Shown here: positions 62,750-64,000 of the stretch, in pieces
How the letters are laid out: the number at the start of each line of letters is the position of its first letter
Position numbering within the stretch: the first letter of the stretch is position 1
Assembly: GCA_028689655.1 (NCBI GenBank)
Contig: JAQVCT010000012.1
Coordinates: 2,753 to 66,752, forward strand
Direction: 5' to 3'
Length of the DNA stretch: 64,000 bases
DNA from: Lachnospiraceae bacterium
Lineage (GTDB): Bacteria > Bacillota > Clostridia > Lachnospirales > Lachnospiraceae
Position numbers and translations under genes: made by a program
The notes under the pieces: generated by a model
What the model was told of the DNA's origin: nothing
Databases searched by the model: none
Seen by the model: the letters and a program-made list of their open reading frames with translations, nothing else

Positions 62750-63565
62750 TTATTTTAGCTTGATGGTGTCCGGGGTCAGTGTATATAATTTAGCAGAAAC
62801 AGGAAGGGTAGCATAGATCTCAGCGTATTCCAGATTGGATATGGTATCGATAAAATTCACCGCATAATTTTTATGAATTCCATTTTGACGCAGGATGTCC
62901 ACCGCTTTATTGTAAGCGATGGCCGCCTGCGTTTCTTCTTTATAGACACCCACCTGGTAATAGCTGCGCACATGGATCTTCACTTTATATCGGATGCCAT
63001 CCCTGGTATTGATCTGGGTGATGCCGTGGAACTGATTCATAATTACGATATTTTCATAGCGAAAATCATGAGGATTGCCGTTGGCAAAGCGGTAGTCACG
63101 ATTCAGAACGGAATAGTTTTTGATTCCATAACGATTCAGAATATTGTACTGCATCCCATAATCTGACACGAAGAGATGTCCCTTGCGCTGCATGAGTTTA
63201 TGGGAAGAATAATAGAAGAGATCGTCGATATCGAAGATCAGCGGCATATCAGGGGACAAATAATAATAGAAATAGTTCTGCCGGGTATAGATGGGATTGG
63301 CAAAATAGATGCCATTATCCCGGTAATTGATCAGGGACACCCACTTGTCAAAGGAGAGTAGCTGAAGTGGATGATAATCCTCGATGGAACAGTCTGTATG
63401 AAGAACAGACATCCCCTCCCGATAGGCGAGATGTGCTTTTGCCATGGTGTCAAAGCTTCCAAGACTGATATGCTTTCGATGGAAGGTGAGAGAGGAACGA
63501 TAATAGATAGTCTGGTCTTTTTTCCTGGCAATGAATACGCCGGGGAGTTTTTGATCTTTATGCAT
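62750..63565 (-). CDS. Protein with two AP2-like DNA-binding domains and a degenerate HNH-like centre
   Basis: The N-terminal GVF..(11)..YYRSSLTFHRKHISLGSFDTMAKAHLAY and C-terminal GITQINTRDGIRYKVKIHVRSYYQVGVYKEETQAAIAYNKA both fit the AP2 pattern (G[VI]...Y/W.a.i....k...lG.f.t.eeAa.AY). The central FANGNPHDFRYENIVI resembles an HNH_3 motif without the catalytic His. The RBS AGGAG lies 5 nt upstream. Confidence 0.55.
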   Translation of the reverse strand: MHKDQKLPGVFIARKKDQTIYYRSSLTFHRKHISLGSFDTMAKAHLAYREGMSVLHTDCSIEDYHPLQLLSFDKWVSLINYRDNGIYFANPIYTRQNYFYYYLSPDMPLIFDIDDLFYYSSHKLMQRKGHLFVSDYGMQYNILNRYGIKNYSVLNRDYRFANGNPHDFRYENIVIMNQFHGITQINTRDGIRYKVKIHVRSYYQVGVYKEETQAAIAYNKAVDILRQNGIHKNYAVNFIDTISNLEYAEIYATLPVSAKLYTLTPDTIKLK

Positions 63566-63590
63566 GTGGTCTCCTGAATGAATTATTAGG

Positions 63591-63646
63591 TGCTTCGCAG
63601 CCTAGGCAAAGTTTGCCATACGCCTGCTTCGCAGCCTAGGCAAAGT
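63591..63646. repeat. Two exact 22-bp direct repeats (tgcttcgcagcctaggcaaagt), starts 34 bp apart, in a divergent promoter region
   Basis: Copies at 63591-63612 and 63625-63646. Each contains the palindrome gcctaggc. They form a GC-rich island in an AT-rich spacer. Confidence 0.9.
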
Positions 63647-63747
63647 ATATCATTATTAAAAGTTTTTTACAATTTTGTAATGTTTTTGAAATATTTTTCC
63701 CCGTACATGTATAAAATAATAGTACGAGCTTTAAGGAGGAAAAGATA

Positions 63748-64000
63748 TTGAAGCAAAAACATGGTATAAATCAAAAAATGTCCATCGTACAAAAATATGC
63801 ATTATATATTAGTCTTTTTTATAGTATTCTGACCATAGCTACCGGAAGTGCCATAGCCATCAAGAGTACGAGATATGCCAGCAGCTCCGTGTATCAGATG
63901 CGCCTGACCAGTGAGAGTAAGACCAGGATGAACAGACAGAACAGCATTCCATTCCTGTCCTCCGGTCAAAGAAAGATCGATTATCAGCAGTTGGAGCGGA
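63748..64000 (+). CDS. N-terminal part of a membrane protein of unknown function (runs off the window)
   Basis: TTG at 63748 lies 8 nt after AAGGAGG. The frame is open to the window end (84 codons) with one predicted TM segment YALYISLFYSILTIATGSAIAI. Confidence 0.35.
   Translation, partial: MKQKHGINQKMSIVQKYALYISLFYSILTIATGSAIAIKSTRYASSSVYQMRLTSESKTRMNRQNSIPFLSSGQRKIDYQQLER

Overview
This 64-kb window looks like chromosomal DNA from a low-GC anaerobic Firmicute, probably a Clostridia or Lachnospiraceae-type organism. The clues are the Rnf complex, a Na+-pumping biotin decarboxylase, the anaerobic cbi-type cobalamin pathway and GGAGG-type ribosome binding sites (RBS). I saw no rRNA, tRNA or CRISPR. 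Nearly all genes are on the + strand. Gene order: (1) Cobalamin biosynthesis block A: cbiG (partial), cbiH, a fused cbiJ-cbiE-cbiT ORF, cbiA, cobU, cobS, a degenerate cobU paralogue, cobC and cbiB (1-9464). (2) A glycyl-radical-enzyme gene fragment (about 9553-10089). (3) A liv-type amino-acid ABC transporter, a cytidylate-kinase-like protein, D-amino-acid aminotransferase, a DUF4392-like protein, pxpB, pxpC, a DUF1445 protein and pxpA (10.2-21.7 kb). (4) Mobile-element remnants (21.8-22.7 kb). (5) Cobalamin block B: cobD, cobQ and cbiC (22.8-26.4 kb). (6) A small accessory islet with a DUF3795 protein, an MBL-fold hydrolase and gene fragments. (7) A LacI-controlled sugar ABC transporter plus GH31 locus. 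(8) maf. (9) A Na+-translocating biotin decarboxylase/transcarboxylase-like operon. (10) TetR and RpiR regulators and a flavoprotein, then cmk, ispH, rpsA and cheR. (11) A GHL10 hydrolase followed by an [FeFe]-hydrogenase-like protein fused to a methyl-accepting chemotaxis (MCP) signalling domain. (12) A YprB-like exonuclease. (13) rnfCDGEAB, udk and apbE. (14) A GH25 lysozyme and a double-AP2-domain protein. The items most worth a second look are: the hydrogenase-like chemoreceptor; a D-glutamate-cyclase/5-oxoprolinase/Dat/Liv module that splits the cob cluster; a decarboxylase operon with two different carboxyltransferases; purine-rich tandem repeats, both in frame inside three cob enzymes and as arrays in intra-operon spacers; a MITE/REP-like dispersed element family; and a dense cluster of perfect hairpins upstream of rnfC. 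All family assignments come from reading the translated ORFs and recalling family signatures. No database search was run.
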